Below are positions 12,394-24,600 of a stretch of DNA of 64,000 nucleotides, piece by piece. Made by a program: the position numbers and the translations under genes. The notes under the pieces were generated by a model that was given only the letters and a program-made list of their open reading frames with translations, did not search any database and had not been told where the DNA came from. Each line of letters starts with the position of its first letter. The stretch's first letter is position 1. The stretch covers positions 2,748,430 through 2,812,429 of the forward strand of contig OZ316893.1 in the NCBI GenBank assembly GCA_973895155.1. Reading direction: 5' to 3'. This stretch comes from Marsupella aquatica (Eukaryota; Plantae; Marchantiophyta).

Positions 12394-13963
12394 AACAAGG
12401 AGCCAAAAAGGATGGGTAATAAGCCCAAACTAAAAGAACTTTTGCTCAAAAAGCTCAAAATTGCCCAAAAATGAACCTAAAAAACTATCCGTTTCTTTGC
12501 AAAATCTTCATGGATGAAAAAATGCCCAAAATATGTTATCATTTTTGAGCCATTAAAAACATAAAATGGACCATAATAAATTTTTAATCTCCGGATGATC
12601 TTCAATCTTTACAATTTACACTTGCACGTGTTCAAGAGATCATTTGTCTAGATTATCCTTAAAATACCATCTTAAAATTGATTGAAATCAGAAAATATCT
12701 AAAACACTTCAAATATATACTAGAAATTTTTAAATGAGTCTTGTAATGAATTGTTTGTTTTTAACCCATCTCACACAAACCAATTATAAAATTATTAATT
12801 TCAAAGTGTGACCCTTTAGAAATGATTCATGAATTCACGAGTTAATCATTTAAATATTTTTGAATCTCAACAAATTTAAGTAGCAATAGTTACTCCAACT
12901 CTCTCATTCCCAAATCTCTAATGTTCACATAAGTTTAGTGGATTGGAATACTTATTTGCATTCACTTAGAAAGAAACTTCAATTTTAAGAAATTTTTAGT
13001 TTTTAATTCAAACCTTGCATAGTAAAATATCAAAATTTTCCTAGCATTTATAATACTCTTTGTTTTTATTGGAGTTGATATTTTCTTGTACTTTATTCCA
13101 AAGTAATCATTCGTTACTCTCTTTGTCTTTATTTGAGTTTGTGTTCCTTGTCAAATTCTTCATTCATAACTCTTTTAGTCTTAATAAATTGAATCATTTT
13201 TTGTTCCTTTGTTGTCATTTTTTTGGTCTGGAGTAGTCTTTCTTCTAATTATTTTCTTTATGTTTGTATGCACTTTTTTCTTTCTTTTCAAGATTCCTAA
13301 AGTTGATGCCAGATTCTCTTCATGAATTCATGAAAAAGAATCTTAGATCAAGATTAAGGAATCTTGAAAACAGGGTTCATGAATTCATGAAGCTTTTGGA
13401 TGCACAAGCTTCATGAATACACTAAGCTTAGGGTTTTAAAAGGCAAAGGGAAAAGTTGGGCAGCAACAATTCATGATGGACAATGAGTGAGCTCAGGAGT
13501 GAGCTATGATAGGCACATTGCAATGGATGAGTTGCGACCAGGTGCGATGCAAAAATGACAACATGTAACCCATAAAGGATAGAGGACAATGGGCAATTAG
13601 CGATTAAACATAGGTTGGCAATTGAGGGTTGATTTGTGATGGGTGAAGGCTTTTGATCTCTGATGTTGTTAGTGACTTTATTCATAAAGAGGATATTTTC
13701 TTGTAACATTTAATTTGTTGGTGATCTTTGAGCCCAAACTCTAATGTTGAGACTTATATCGAGGAGTTAAATTTGGAAAATAATATTAATTATGGAAAAA
13801 CTTGTGACTAAAGCATTGTGTTAATTATGGTGTGAAATCCAAGGTGAGGAAAATTTAAATATATGATAATTTTTTGTGTTGTTTTTTTATGACATTTTGG
13901 AAAATCAGAAAATTTTGAAAAAGAGAATTAAGGCCTTGGACCCATCCTTTAAGGTTTCTTGTT
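12394..13963. mobile_element. Non-autonomous TIR element with 4-bp TSD
   Basis: TIR aacaaggagccaaaaaggatgggt vs reverse complement aacaagaaaccttaaaggatgggt (20/24); TSD cgtt at 12390-12393 and 13964-13967; removal rejoins the minisatellite. Confidence 0.7.
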
Positions 13964-14773
13964 CGTTACATCTTTTCTCATCTCAACATCTTTGCCTCTC
14001 CTCAACATCTTGCCCAAGATCTTGCCCTCACCTCGACATCTTTGTCACTCCTTGACATCTTTCCTTCACCTCAGCATCTTTCATGCAAAGCACAGGCATG
14101 GGGCTAGGCTTACTTATAAAGCTCAAAGGGGGAGCTAGAGCTAGGATCTCGGCTTCTAGAAGCCTCTAGCTGGACTGTGACTCAGGGCCCCACCAAAGTT
14201 TATGTGCATAGACATGATCTAGTATATTATATATGACATGAATGAGAGTATATGTGCATGTAAAGAAATGTGCAAAGACATGATGATATGTTATGTATCA
14301 CATGAATGATTATATTTCTATCATTTTATTAATATGTTAAGAATTAGAATAATGAATATTTTTTGTTACATTTTATTGTCTTCTTCTCTACACAAGTTCA
14401 AAGAAAGGGTAGTTGGGGCGAATTGATTTAATCAATACTTGCAATTACGCAAAGTTTCCTTCTCTAATCCACACTCTCATTAATTTGAAATGTGAATACT
14501 TTTTGTGAAGGGGATGAGGGTATCACTTTTGTGAAAATAACCACAAAACATAAGGTCATTTTATTGATTCTAACGGAAAAATTATAAATTTTATTTAAGA
14601 ATATTAGAGTATAGTATATCCAATTTGTTGACATTTATAAAGAAAATAATATTTTATAAACCATTTTTGTGGTAAAATGACTTAATTGTTTTTTAAGTGT
14701 TAAGATGTACTCGACATAAAAATGTTTTGTGATACTCTTTGCTCCTAAATCAAGTGATACTTTGGCAAGATTT

Positions 14774-15770
14774 GGGATGTTGTTGAAATGCCTCTGCCCT
14801 AGGGCATCTTAAATGGCTAGGAGTATGTCCATACTAAGTACGGATTGTTGTCTAAACCTACACAAGTTTGATCTCTCCATTCAAGAGATTTTGGCTCTTT
14901 TCTATGTCCTTGTTCTTTGCTCTCATCTTTGTAGCTTCATTGACATTTCTCTCTTCCTATTTCACAAATGGGCTTACGTCCATTGAGAGTGTAGCAACTT
15001 TGGCCTTTTTGGGATCATGGGCAGTATAGCAACCTCATTCCTTGCCGAGGAGAGACCTTCTTTTCTTAGTTGAATCTGTCATGTAGGTCAAGGAGGGTGC
15101 TACGTTCCCTAACATTCTAGAGTCACTTGGGAGGGGCGCAGTCATCATTACTTGAACTCGTTCAAGTTGCAAAAGCTTGATTTTAGGGGTTAATTTTGTC
15201 CTTGGACCCTGTCCGCCATTAAGCCCACATAGGCAAGCCTATGCACACTTCCACCCCGCTTCCACCATTTCTAGCGTACTCACCAAGGCACTTGCAACGG
15301 ACCAAGCTAAAATTCTTTTATGAGGATGAATGGCACAAAGAGTCACTAGTTTGGCTTCAGGCCAATCTTGCCTGAAGCCAAACTTTCTTCATTATTTTGC
15401 AAATATCTTCAAAGGAGTTGTCTGCATACATGCATCTTTGTAAGTATGGGGTTAAGTATTTAACCCATTTCTAGTAGGTATACCTACATCTGGGACACGT
15501 GGGAAGCCTTGTGATGCCATATGACTAGGTCCATCTTCTTTCGAGTAGTATAGATGAATAGATGAGACCATGGACGGTCATGATGCTCTGAAGGAAGCCA
15601 TTGGTCAGGTTCTCTCCCAGGACTTTGGTACACATGTGGTGGAAGGTGGTAGTCAATTTTCCTGGTCCTCCACTATAGTGATACTGGGCAGACTTTGGCA
15701 GATTTTGCTTATTATTGTTGCCCTTATTTGTCTTTGTATAGTTTCACCATGAACTAGCTTGTGCAAGAAA
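14774..15770 (+). mobile_element. Highly decayed CRE-like fragment (RT C-terminus to RLE region)
   Basis: Words shared with the sense strand of the other copies: tcttcctatttca, gggcttac.tccattgagag, ctttggcctttttggg, ggcttcaggccaatc, gtgggaagccttgtgatgcca, gtccatcttctt. Confidence 0.75.
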
Positions 15771-15934
15771 GAAATAGTTGTTAGAATTGGCTTTTAGCTA
15801 CATTGCCATTACAGATGTTCCAATTTACAATATTGTCACGTTTTATTGTATTTACCAATATGCCACTATTTTTGTATTTGACTACCATGGTTATTTTACA
15901 TGGTGAATCCATATACAAAACCATGACATACTTG

Positions 15935-16240
15935 CTCGGGGGTTTTACTTCCACAAAAATGACACATCACGTGCGACAAAGTATAGGGTCATTCGAGGGG
16001 TCATTTTATTGGTTTGAAGGGGAGACTTAAGAATTATCTGAGAAGAACAATATGGTCTTTTAAATCCAATTTTGAGACTTATAAGAACATTCTTGTCCTC
16101 AGAACCAGATGTTTTGAATATTCCAAGAATATTCTAGCTTTATAGGGGTTGAAAAATAATTTTTTCTTACAATTTAGAGGGTCCGAGGCCTAAAAATGTC
16201 ACAGGTGATGGGGAGGCATCCATATAGTGAAACCCCCAAG
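15935..16240. mobile_element. MITE, subfamily A
   Basis: TIR ctcgggggttttact / agtgaaacccccaag; 8-bp TSD catacttg / catacttt. Confidence 0.85.
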
Positions 16241-16511
16241 CATACTTTAAATACAGAAAAATAGTGGCAGTGTTATCAATTGAAATATCTTTAGTGCAAA
16301 GTAATCAAAAGTTGTCATTAAAATTTTGTACCTAACTGGCAAAACATTTCAGAGTGCTTGTGAAACATCTGAATCATTTTGTGATGCAAATTTATATGTA
16401 AGCATTACTTTTTAAAATTAAAATTAAAAAGTAACAAAAACAGTAGAGCATGTATTAGGCTGGTTAAAGGCATTAAAACATACATAAGTAGGGGTAAACA
16501 AACTAAGTTTC

Positions 16512-16613
16512 TGGGCATTACAGCACACAACAATGTTTTGGGCATTATAGCACACAACAATGTTTTGGGCATTATAGCACACAACAATGTTTTGGGCATT
16601 ATAGCACACAACA
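16512..16613. repeat. 27-bp minisatellite, ~4 copies
   Basis: (tgggcattatagcacacaacaatgttt)n. Confidence 0.9.
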
Positions 16614-17070
16614 AACATTAAAATTTAAGCTTAGAGCATCTCCAACGGTAGGGTCAAATGCACCCATAACCTTTAAAACAAGCATATAGGGGTTGGTATA
16701 TGTTGGAGTGATGGCTTCCCAGGTGTGGCCCCTATCCCTAAATAAATGGCAGCCAGCCTCCATCTTCATAGCCACTGACATATTTGGTAGAAATGGCAGC
16801 CTGGAGAGAGACCTTTATCCTGACTTCCAATCCCATTGACGTCAGAGATTCCAACCACATGTCACAAGATCCCAGATATTCTGATATTCTCAAGATGTGG
16901 AACCTGGGCATGTGACAACACATCATTTTGGAGGAATAGAGGTCAAAGAAGGGGAGGGGGTCAACTTGGGAATGGATGCCAGTCAGAGGAATAACTGGTT
17001 CTGGCAACGCTGAAGATGGTGCAGCTGACGATAATTGATCTCTCTTTATGGACCTGGGCCTTGTCTCCGT

Positions 17071-17285
17071 ATGAAGCACGAAAGACAATCTCGAGGACAA
17101 TCAATGCCCCTAATTGTGCTAATCCGGGCAGGGAACCCTTCGGGCAGTTTTTGCTGCCACGTTGCCCTTTCAGGACCGGCCCATGTCCTGCACACCAGGC
17201 AAGCAGGTCCCGCTTGCCTTGGCGCCCTCCACCCTACAAATGCCCTCCGCCAGCCCTCCGTCCGCCCTTCACCCGTCCGTCAACC
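17071..17285. repeat. Left terminal inverted repeat (GC-rich, 215 bp)
   Basis: atgaagcacgaaagacaatctcgaggacaatc...ccgtcaacc. Confidence 0.92.
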
Positions 17286-17824
17286 GCAGGGAAAGTTTTA
17301 TGACCAACTCCATGCCAAAATGCCAAATGATGAACCCCAAAGTTAAGAGGAATGTGTCTCCCCTTGAATCTCACATTTGTGAGCGTTGGACTATTTGGTG
17401 GGTACGCTGTCACAAGCTCTTGAAGAGCTTTTAATCCTTGGAAGGTAGGGTCATTCTTGAAAGGTCTTTGTAGGGCATTTTTCAGAAAGTAGAACAATGG
17501 CTTCTCATTAGAATCCTTAATGATAATATCTTCACCATGCCACATTGGTAGATCAACAATGGAAAAGAATTGATGCTTTTGTTGAATCAAGTCTTCAACA
17601 GTGGTGTCGATTTTGTTTACCTGAAATTTTCCCAATAAAAACCTGAAAATCTTCCAAAACCTTGGATTCTGCTCCCATTCATAAGTTGCAGATGTTTTAG
17701 GTCGTCTAGAACCTAATCCTTCACTTTTCTCAAAGTCTTCATCTCGCTTCCTCTTTCCAGGTTGCCCTGAAAAATAATCCACATTCTTTCGATCTTCTTT
17801 TACTTCTTTCTGTTTTGGTTTCAT
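17234..17824 (-). pseudogene. Truncated TET/JBP-like 2OG-Fe(II) dioxygenase (N-terminal half only); the ORF runs into the TIR
   Basis: Segments DIIIKDSNEKPLFYFLKNAL and FGVHHLAFWHGVGHK resemble, from memory, the pre-catalytic motifs of basidiomycete TET/JBP proteins; no HxD/H/R catalytic residues present. Confidence 0.55.
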
Positions 17825-19544
17825 TTTTTTTAAATACTTGGTCCTGGTTGAGATGTACAGTTATACTCCCCTCAACTAGAATGTTAACGCAGTTACGTAC
17901 ACAGGTGACCAAGTATTTTAAAAAAACTGCAAAGAGAGAATTGAAGTAAACAAAGATTTTGATTGTCCTTATGCAGATTGGACCACGGTAATCTATTTAG
18001 AACTCTGCAAAGATAAGTGAAAAAGAAAGGCTTTGTCAAAGAACAGATCACATAGCACATAGACCAAAATCTATTGACAATTTTGCAAATCTATGTAGAT
18101 TTTTGCACAGGCAACTGAAAAGGAAAGTTTTTGTAAAAGAACAGATCACAGAGTCACTCCAACCAAAAGATTGTTTGCCGTCAGCCTTTGCATAAGAAAT
18201 GTGCATTAAACTCAGTAGAGTAAACTGAAAAGCAAATTTTTGTAAAAAAACAGATCAACGAGTCACGGCCACCAAAAACTTTGTCCAAATTGCATATAAA
18301 ATTGCATTAAACTCTGTAAAGTGCCAGATTGTGTACAATGTTGGACTTTGTATGAAAGAATGAATGAAAATTAGAGAAAAAAATGAATGAAAGACAAGAA
18401 ACTAACAAACTTTCTTGGGAACCGATAGTCCACTTAGAGCACAAAAGAAAACTTCTTGGAATAAGCAATATAAGTACCTTGTGAAATGGATTCTGAATTG
18501 TTTCCTTCACGCTTTCACTTGCTGGCTGTTTGGAATCTAGCTTCTCAATAGCCATAGCTATAGATGTCGACCCCACTGTATTCCAAGCAATATCCTTGTT
18601 GCTTTAATTTGATTCTCTTCCAGATCTATTATGTCGGTAGTCCTCTCCAATCTGCTAAGTCCTTATGAATCTGGTTAGTCCTCTCTGACTTTGCTGAACC
18701 TTATGGATGCTAAAAATTTCCAATCCCCGTAGCCATAGTGTCTCACATGGCCCCACTCTAGTCCAAATCATCTAGATGTTGGTGCCTCTTCCAATCCCCT
18801 TAGCCTTTCGACATCGGCTCAATCCAGTCCAATCTACTCAGCCCTTATGAATCTGCTAATTTTCTTGCTAATTTTCTTGCTCAGCTATCGGGTGGATATG
18901 CTCAACACTATTCTTTGTCCCCTTCCACACCTAAAAAGCCTCAACTAGCTCCTGCTGTCCCCAACAAAATCAGACTGGAAAACCAAGCACAGCCCTTCAC
19001 TCCTAATTCTTTTGGGCCCCTTCCTATCCAACATGAAAAGGAGCAACCCTAAACTCCTTTCCCCATTACGGGGTGGATGAGTGGAGTCCTGAGAATTTTC
19101 TCTTCAATAGGTTTAAGCTTTGAAGTAAATTAGCTGGGAAGATAAGGTTGGGATTGAATTTTTCTGACCTCCCCTTAACATATCTTATAGAATAGAATCC
19201 CATTATCATTTATCAATATGATATTTTTAAGTGACTCTCATTAAACTTGAATTGTGTCTTATTAAGGGCTACTCTTTTGTAATTCAAGTGAATTTGAATT
19301 CTATTATACCGTTGAGTTTTTCTGATTAATTAAGTAGGTACTCATTTTATTCCCGTATAAATTTCTCCCTATCCAAATTCTTTTTTGGCTATTTATGAGG
19401 CCCACACTCAATTGAGCCCACGAATGCATCCCCATATCTTAACCACTATCCTATGAAAAAAAATCATTGTAGCACTTAAATCCTTTGTATATCCATATTT
19501 GTCTGCCATTTGAGAGCAATTTTGAAACTATATCAGGCCTATAT

Positions 19545-19887
19545 TGTTAGGTATTTACTCAAGGTCTAGGGTTACGACATGTAACCATAGTTAGACTAAC
19601 CGTAGTCAGAGACGTGGTTAGGTTAACTAGGATGCACACTATATGCCAAGCGGTGTTTGCTTGGATAAGTGGAACTTAGGTTCATTGTTATGGAGTCACT
19701 TGAGAGATGAGGAGAGCTTACACTGTGGAGACTTGGTATAGCCGACGGGCTTAGAGTTCAGTAAAGCTCTATTGTGTGTTCCCGTGGACGTAGCCTCGAG
19801 GAGGTGAACCACGTATCTCTTGTGTCGACTACTTGCGCGTTGGATGTGTCATGTGCTTACCGTTACGAGTATCGTCTATGCTCAACA
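19545..19887 (+). repeat. 5' LTR of copia 1
   Basis: Matches 26140-26482 with 4 transitions counted by eye. Confidence 0.96.
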
Positions 19888-19889
19888 AT

Positions 19890-19901
19890 TGGTATCAGAG
19901 C
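19890..19901 (+). promoter_or_regulatory. Primer-binding site (initiator tRNA-Met) of copia 1
   Basis: tggtatcagagc 2 nt after the LTR. Confidence 0.93.
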
Positions 19902-21639
19902 ATGCCTGGGAGGTGACATTGTTCGTGACAGGATTTTGTGACTGTTTTTTCCAGCGTTGAGTATCGGTGGATTTCCCAGAGTTCTGTCGCATGGAACTTG
20001 GAGTTTATAGGCTCAACGGATAGATCGGGGCAAGGGTTTTCTAACGGTGCGAAGAAATCGCTGAACGGAGATCGTGGGGTGGAGAGATCTAAGTTTTCAT
20101 CGTTCTGGAATTTGTGAAGAAAGTTGGCAACATTCGTGTTCGATGGTTTTTTGGAGGAGCGACCAGAGTTTGTTTTCCCGACGGTGTGAGCTCTACGGTG
20201 AAGGAGGTGTCACATGCTGCAGCTCTGCTTGTAGATCGGGACGAGCTGATCGTTTTGGTAGATGGTTTGTCGCCGAGTGTGTAACAAGTGCATCGCAATG
20301 AGCAAAAGAAGCATTCTGATTTTCTGACCGGCTATGGAGTCCTCTTTTGCCTGAGCGGGGTTTCTTGTCATTGCACTCGACTCGGAGGGAGAGACGTGAA
20401 GTGCTTGGGCTGAACGGATAGATCACGAAGAGGTGATCATTTTGAGTCCAAGATTGACGATTTTGCCCACGGGAGGAAGAAGTTCTGAGTTTTTGCCACT
20501 GATTGACCAGCAAACGGTGCGGGTGCGCAAATCTTTCCAACCCACCGACATTGGTTTCTGATTCCTCACCATAATCCGAACGTTACAAGGTGCAAGCTCT
20601 TCTCGTTTGATTTCCACAAGGTTTTTTGGATTTCTTACGGGCTAATTTTTTATTCAAAAAATACTCCATTTACGACTCTCTCTCTCTCTAGAGACCTCCA
20701 TTCCACATTGGAGAGAATTTTTTGATTTTTTTTCGGACCCTTACCTGTGGTGTGTCTGAATTCGACTTCTTTGGGGTTAAATCCTTTGTATTGTTGAGGG
20801 GCTATAAGGGGCATTTATTGGCACTTTGTGTTTATACACACAAAGTGCGGGTGTGTATACACACCTTACCTCGCCCCTCCCTGCCGTCGACACGTTCCCC
20901 CCCGTTCACCCTCCCCGCGTACACCACTCCCCGACCACGGCCACGCAGCGCCGGCCGTCTGCCCCGCGCCCTCCCCAACCCCGTTGGACCCTCCCCGCGT
21001 ACACCACTCCCCGCTGCACCCTCGCCGGCCCGCCCTTGCCTCTTGATCCTTCCTTGCCAGTATGCGGCAGCATACTGCCGCCGCCCGATACCCCCGCGCA
21101 TACCCTGGCCTTATACGCCTGATTTAAAAAGGGGTCCCCAACCCCCTTTAGACCCTTATTTTTTTAAATTTCTTTTTTCTCCCTTCTGATTGGCTGCCAC
21201 ATCCCGGGACCTGTCGCCCTCCACTTTAACCGCTTGGACAGGGGGAACGGCCCCCTGTAAGCCCTGCTGCTCTGTGTGGGAATATTCCTAAAAAACAAAG
21301 AGTGTGTTTTCGGCCGTCCGTCAAAGATTCCGTCCGTCGAAAGGTAACTTTTTTCGTTCGTCTTTGGCAAGTTGCTAGCCATCGGAGTTGGCAACGCGGT
21401 GCACAAATTGAATTGCATTTCCGACGTCGGGTACTAGTTCACTTTTTGGTTATTCCCCAAGGTGGTCAAAACGGGGGAGAATTCCAAGTTTTACCCACCC
21501 CGACCAAAAAGTGAATAACTTTTACATCGGAGTTCGTTTTTGATTCTGGTTTTCAGCATTGGAGAGCTAGGCTTTTGGGCTATAAGTTTTGAGTTTTTTA
21601 AAGAAGTTGAAAAAACGTCATTTTTTCTTGCATTCTCAC

Positions 21640-24600
21640 ATGAGTGATTCGGAGGAGATTTTTGAAGAAGTGGATCTTGAAGCACGAGGATCACCACGAC
21701 GGTTTGAGGAGGAGAGAGAGAAGCAGGAGGAAGCGCACGTGACACCGGTACAATCACCGGTGCAGCGAGTAGAAGGGATTGTGAAGGAAAAACAGATGGC
21801 ATCCAGGTTCGGAGGTGTCAAGTTTGAGGTGGAAAAGTATGATGGGCGTACGGACTACTTGCTCTGGGAGAAGCAAGTGAAAGGAGTTCTTCGCGCTATG
21901 GGCCTAGATCATCTTCTCTCTACACGAGAGATGTACAATGATAAGGAGGAGATTCCACTAAAGAGGTGGAGGCAAGAACAAGTAATTGCAGTGAATGCGG
22001 TGATGCTTTATCTGAAGCCGCATATCATCAAGAAGTTGGATGACTACGCGGATTGTGCATCTCTATTCAAAGCCCTAAGGGAGAAGTACTATCGGGAGGA
22101 TGCATCAGATCGATTATACAAGAAGTCTCTCTTAATGAGCCTTCGGCTCAAAGAGGGGAACAAGCTCCAGGATCACTTGGATGAATTTGACAGCCTAGCT
22201 GTTGATTTATCTAATCTCGGTAAGGGCGTTGAAGAAGAGGACAAGACCTTGCTTCTTCTCAGCTCTTTACCCCCATCTTATCAGGGTTTGAAGCAGGTTC
22301 TCTTGTATAGAGACTTGAAGTCTATTTCATACGATGAGGTGGTAAACTCTTTGCTGTCAGATGATGCACAGAAGAAGTTGGGTCAAGCCCAAACAGCATC
22401 GTCATCTGGTGCTGCCTTGAATGTGAATCGTGGGAGGTCACAACGGCGTCCCGAGCAGCGCACGAATGGCAAGGGATGAAGTAAATCTAGGACAAGATTT
22501 GCTTCAAGGGGGAAGTCCCAAGAGAGAAAGCCAGTAGTCTGCTGGAAGTGTCACAAGGTTGGTCACGTTAAGAGGGATTGTAAGGGTAAGGCAGCTGAAT
22601 CTTCATCAGCCAATGTGGCTAGTGCTGATGGAGAAGTTGATTTACTCAATGATGAGTATGTTTTATGAAGTCAGGAGTATGCCCTGTGCACATCATCTAG
22701 GAGAGAAAATGATGTGTGGATTCTTGATTGTGCTTGCTCTTTTCACATTTGTTACATTCGCAAGTATTTCAATTCTTATTCTGTGTCAAACGGTTCAGTT
22801 TTGATGGGAAATGATCACTCCTGTCGAGTTGAGGGTATTGGATCTATAAAGATTCAAATATTTGATGGTATTGTGTGCACAGTGTCCGGAGTCAGGTTTG
22901 TACCTGGCATGCGTAAGAATTTTATTTCACTCGGTGTGTTGGATACAAATGGTCATCAATGGCGAGTAATTGATGGTGAACTTCAAGTCATGTCGGGAGA
23001 GAAAGTGATTTTGAAGGGGAGCAGACAGAAGAATTTGTATGTGTTGCAGGGCAATACAGTATGTGGAGAGGCCAATGTAACCAAGTCTCACGAGGAAATG
23101 ACTAAACTATGGCATTCACGGCTAGGCCACATGAGTGAGAAGGGTTTGGCTATCTTACAGAAGAATGGACTCATTTCTAATTTTCAATCTTGTAAATTAG
23201 AGTTCTGTGAGCATTGCATTTTTGGAAAGCAACATCGTCGTGCTTTCGGTGTTGGAACTCATTGTTCAAAAGCGGTTCTTGAGTACATACATAGTGACGT
23301 GTAGGGACCATCCCCGACTCCCTCACATTCTGGAAAATTGTACTATGTATCTTTCATTGACTATTACTCAAGATTTGTATGGATTTATTTCATGATGCAT
23401 AAGTCTGATGTCTTGTCCATTTTTACAAAGTGGAAGGCGGACGTCCCAAGTGGAGAATCAGACGGGAAACACGGTTAAGTGTTTGGATACCAGGGTGAAG
23501 AGTCTGAGGTCAGACAACGGCGGGGAATACACTTCAATAGAATTTGAAGAGTATTGTGCAGAACAGGGGATAACTCGCCATCTCACCATAGTTTATACTC
23601 CGCAACAGAATGGTGTCGCTGAGAGGCTCAATCGAACACTATTGGAGCAGTCACGGAGTATGCTGAGCCAATCAGGTTTACCACAGGAATTTTGGGCAGA
23701 AGCTGTCAATACTGCAGCTTATTTGGTAAATCTTTCTCCTTCTAGTGCAATCAATTTCAAAACGCCGTTTGAAATACGTTATAAGCGGCAAATAGACTAT
23801 CATGGCTTGGTAGTTTTTGGAAGTGATGCATATGCTCTCACCCCAAAGCAGAATAGGACCAAGTTGGATCCTACGTCCAAAAATGTATTTTTCTTGGGTA
23901 TCAAAGTGGTGTGAAGGCCTACAGGCTATGGGATCCTATTGCCTGTAAGCTTGTTGTCAGTAGGGATGTTTCCTTCAATGAATCTAGATTATTGAAGGAG
24001 GGGGAGAATACTCAGGTCTCCCGTACTGACAAAGGGAAATCTCCTATCCCGGATCTCATTGAGGGGGAGATTGATCATGAAGTGCATGATTGGAGAGAAG
24101 GAGGTGCTCCAAGCATGGAGCTGGTTCCTGTGCCAGAGGAACAAGAGGAGTTTGTTGATGCTGGTAAGCAGCAAGTGGATGCTGCTGAGCTTCAAATTAT
24201 ACCAGTAGACGCAATTCAACCGGAGTCATCGGCTAGAAGAACATCTAGTCGCACTGTACGCGTTCCTCCTAGGTATGGACAGTGGGTTGATTCATCTCAA
24301 CTGCAAGAGGACGATTTTGCAGCTGATGATGAGGGTGATGCGTTAATTTTGGAAGAAGGGGAACCTTCTTCATTTCATGAGGCAAGTGCTTCAAAGGAGA
24401 AGCAAAAGTGGACTACAACAATGCAAATGGAGATGCAGTCATTGAAGGACAACAAAACTTGGGAGCTTGTTAAGCTACCTAAGGGTCAGCAAGTGGTGGA
24501 CAGTAAGTGGATATACAAACTGAAGGATCAGTCTACGGGAGGTGGATCAAAGGTCTACAAGGCTAGGTTGGTAGCCAAGGGATTCACACAGGAAAAAGGT

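Noticed and set aside
14514-14760. Possible additional decayed MITE (taaggtcattttattgattc, gggtatcac/gtgatac)
   Set aside because: Ends and TSD could not be fixed with confidence
16405-16618. Repetitive ORFs LCAIMPKTL and VVCYNAQNI
   Set aside because: Translations of the 27-bp minisatellite
17016-17434. Plus-strand ORFs duplicated at 26560-26875
   Set aside because: They are readings of the GC-rich TIRs, not genes
20722-21189. Pro/Arg-rich ORFs in the copia 1 leader as a possible extra gene
   Set aside because: Open in many frames because of GC richness and not conserved in the copia 2 leader
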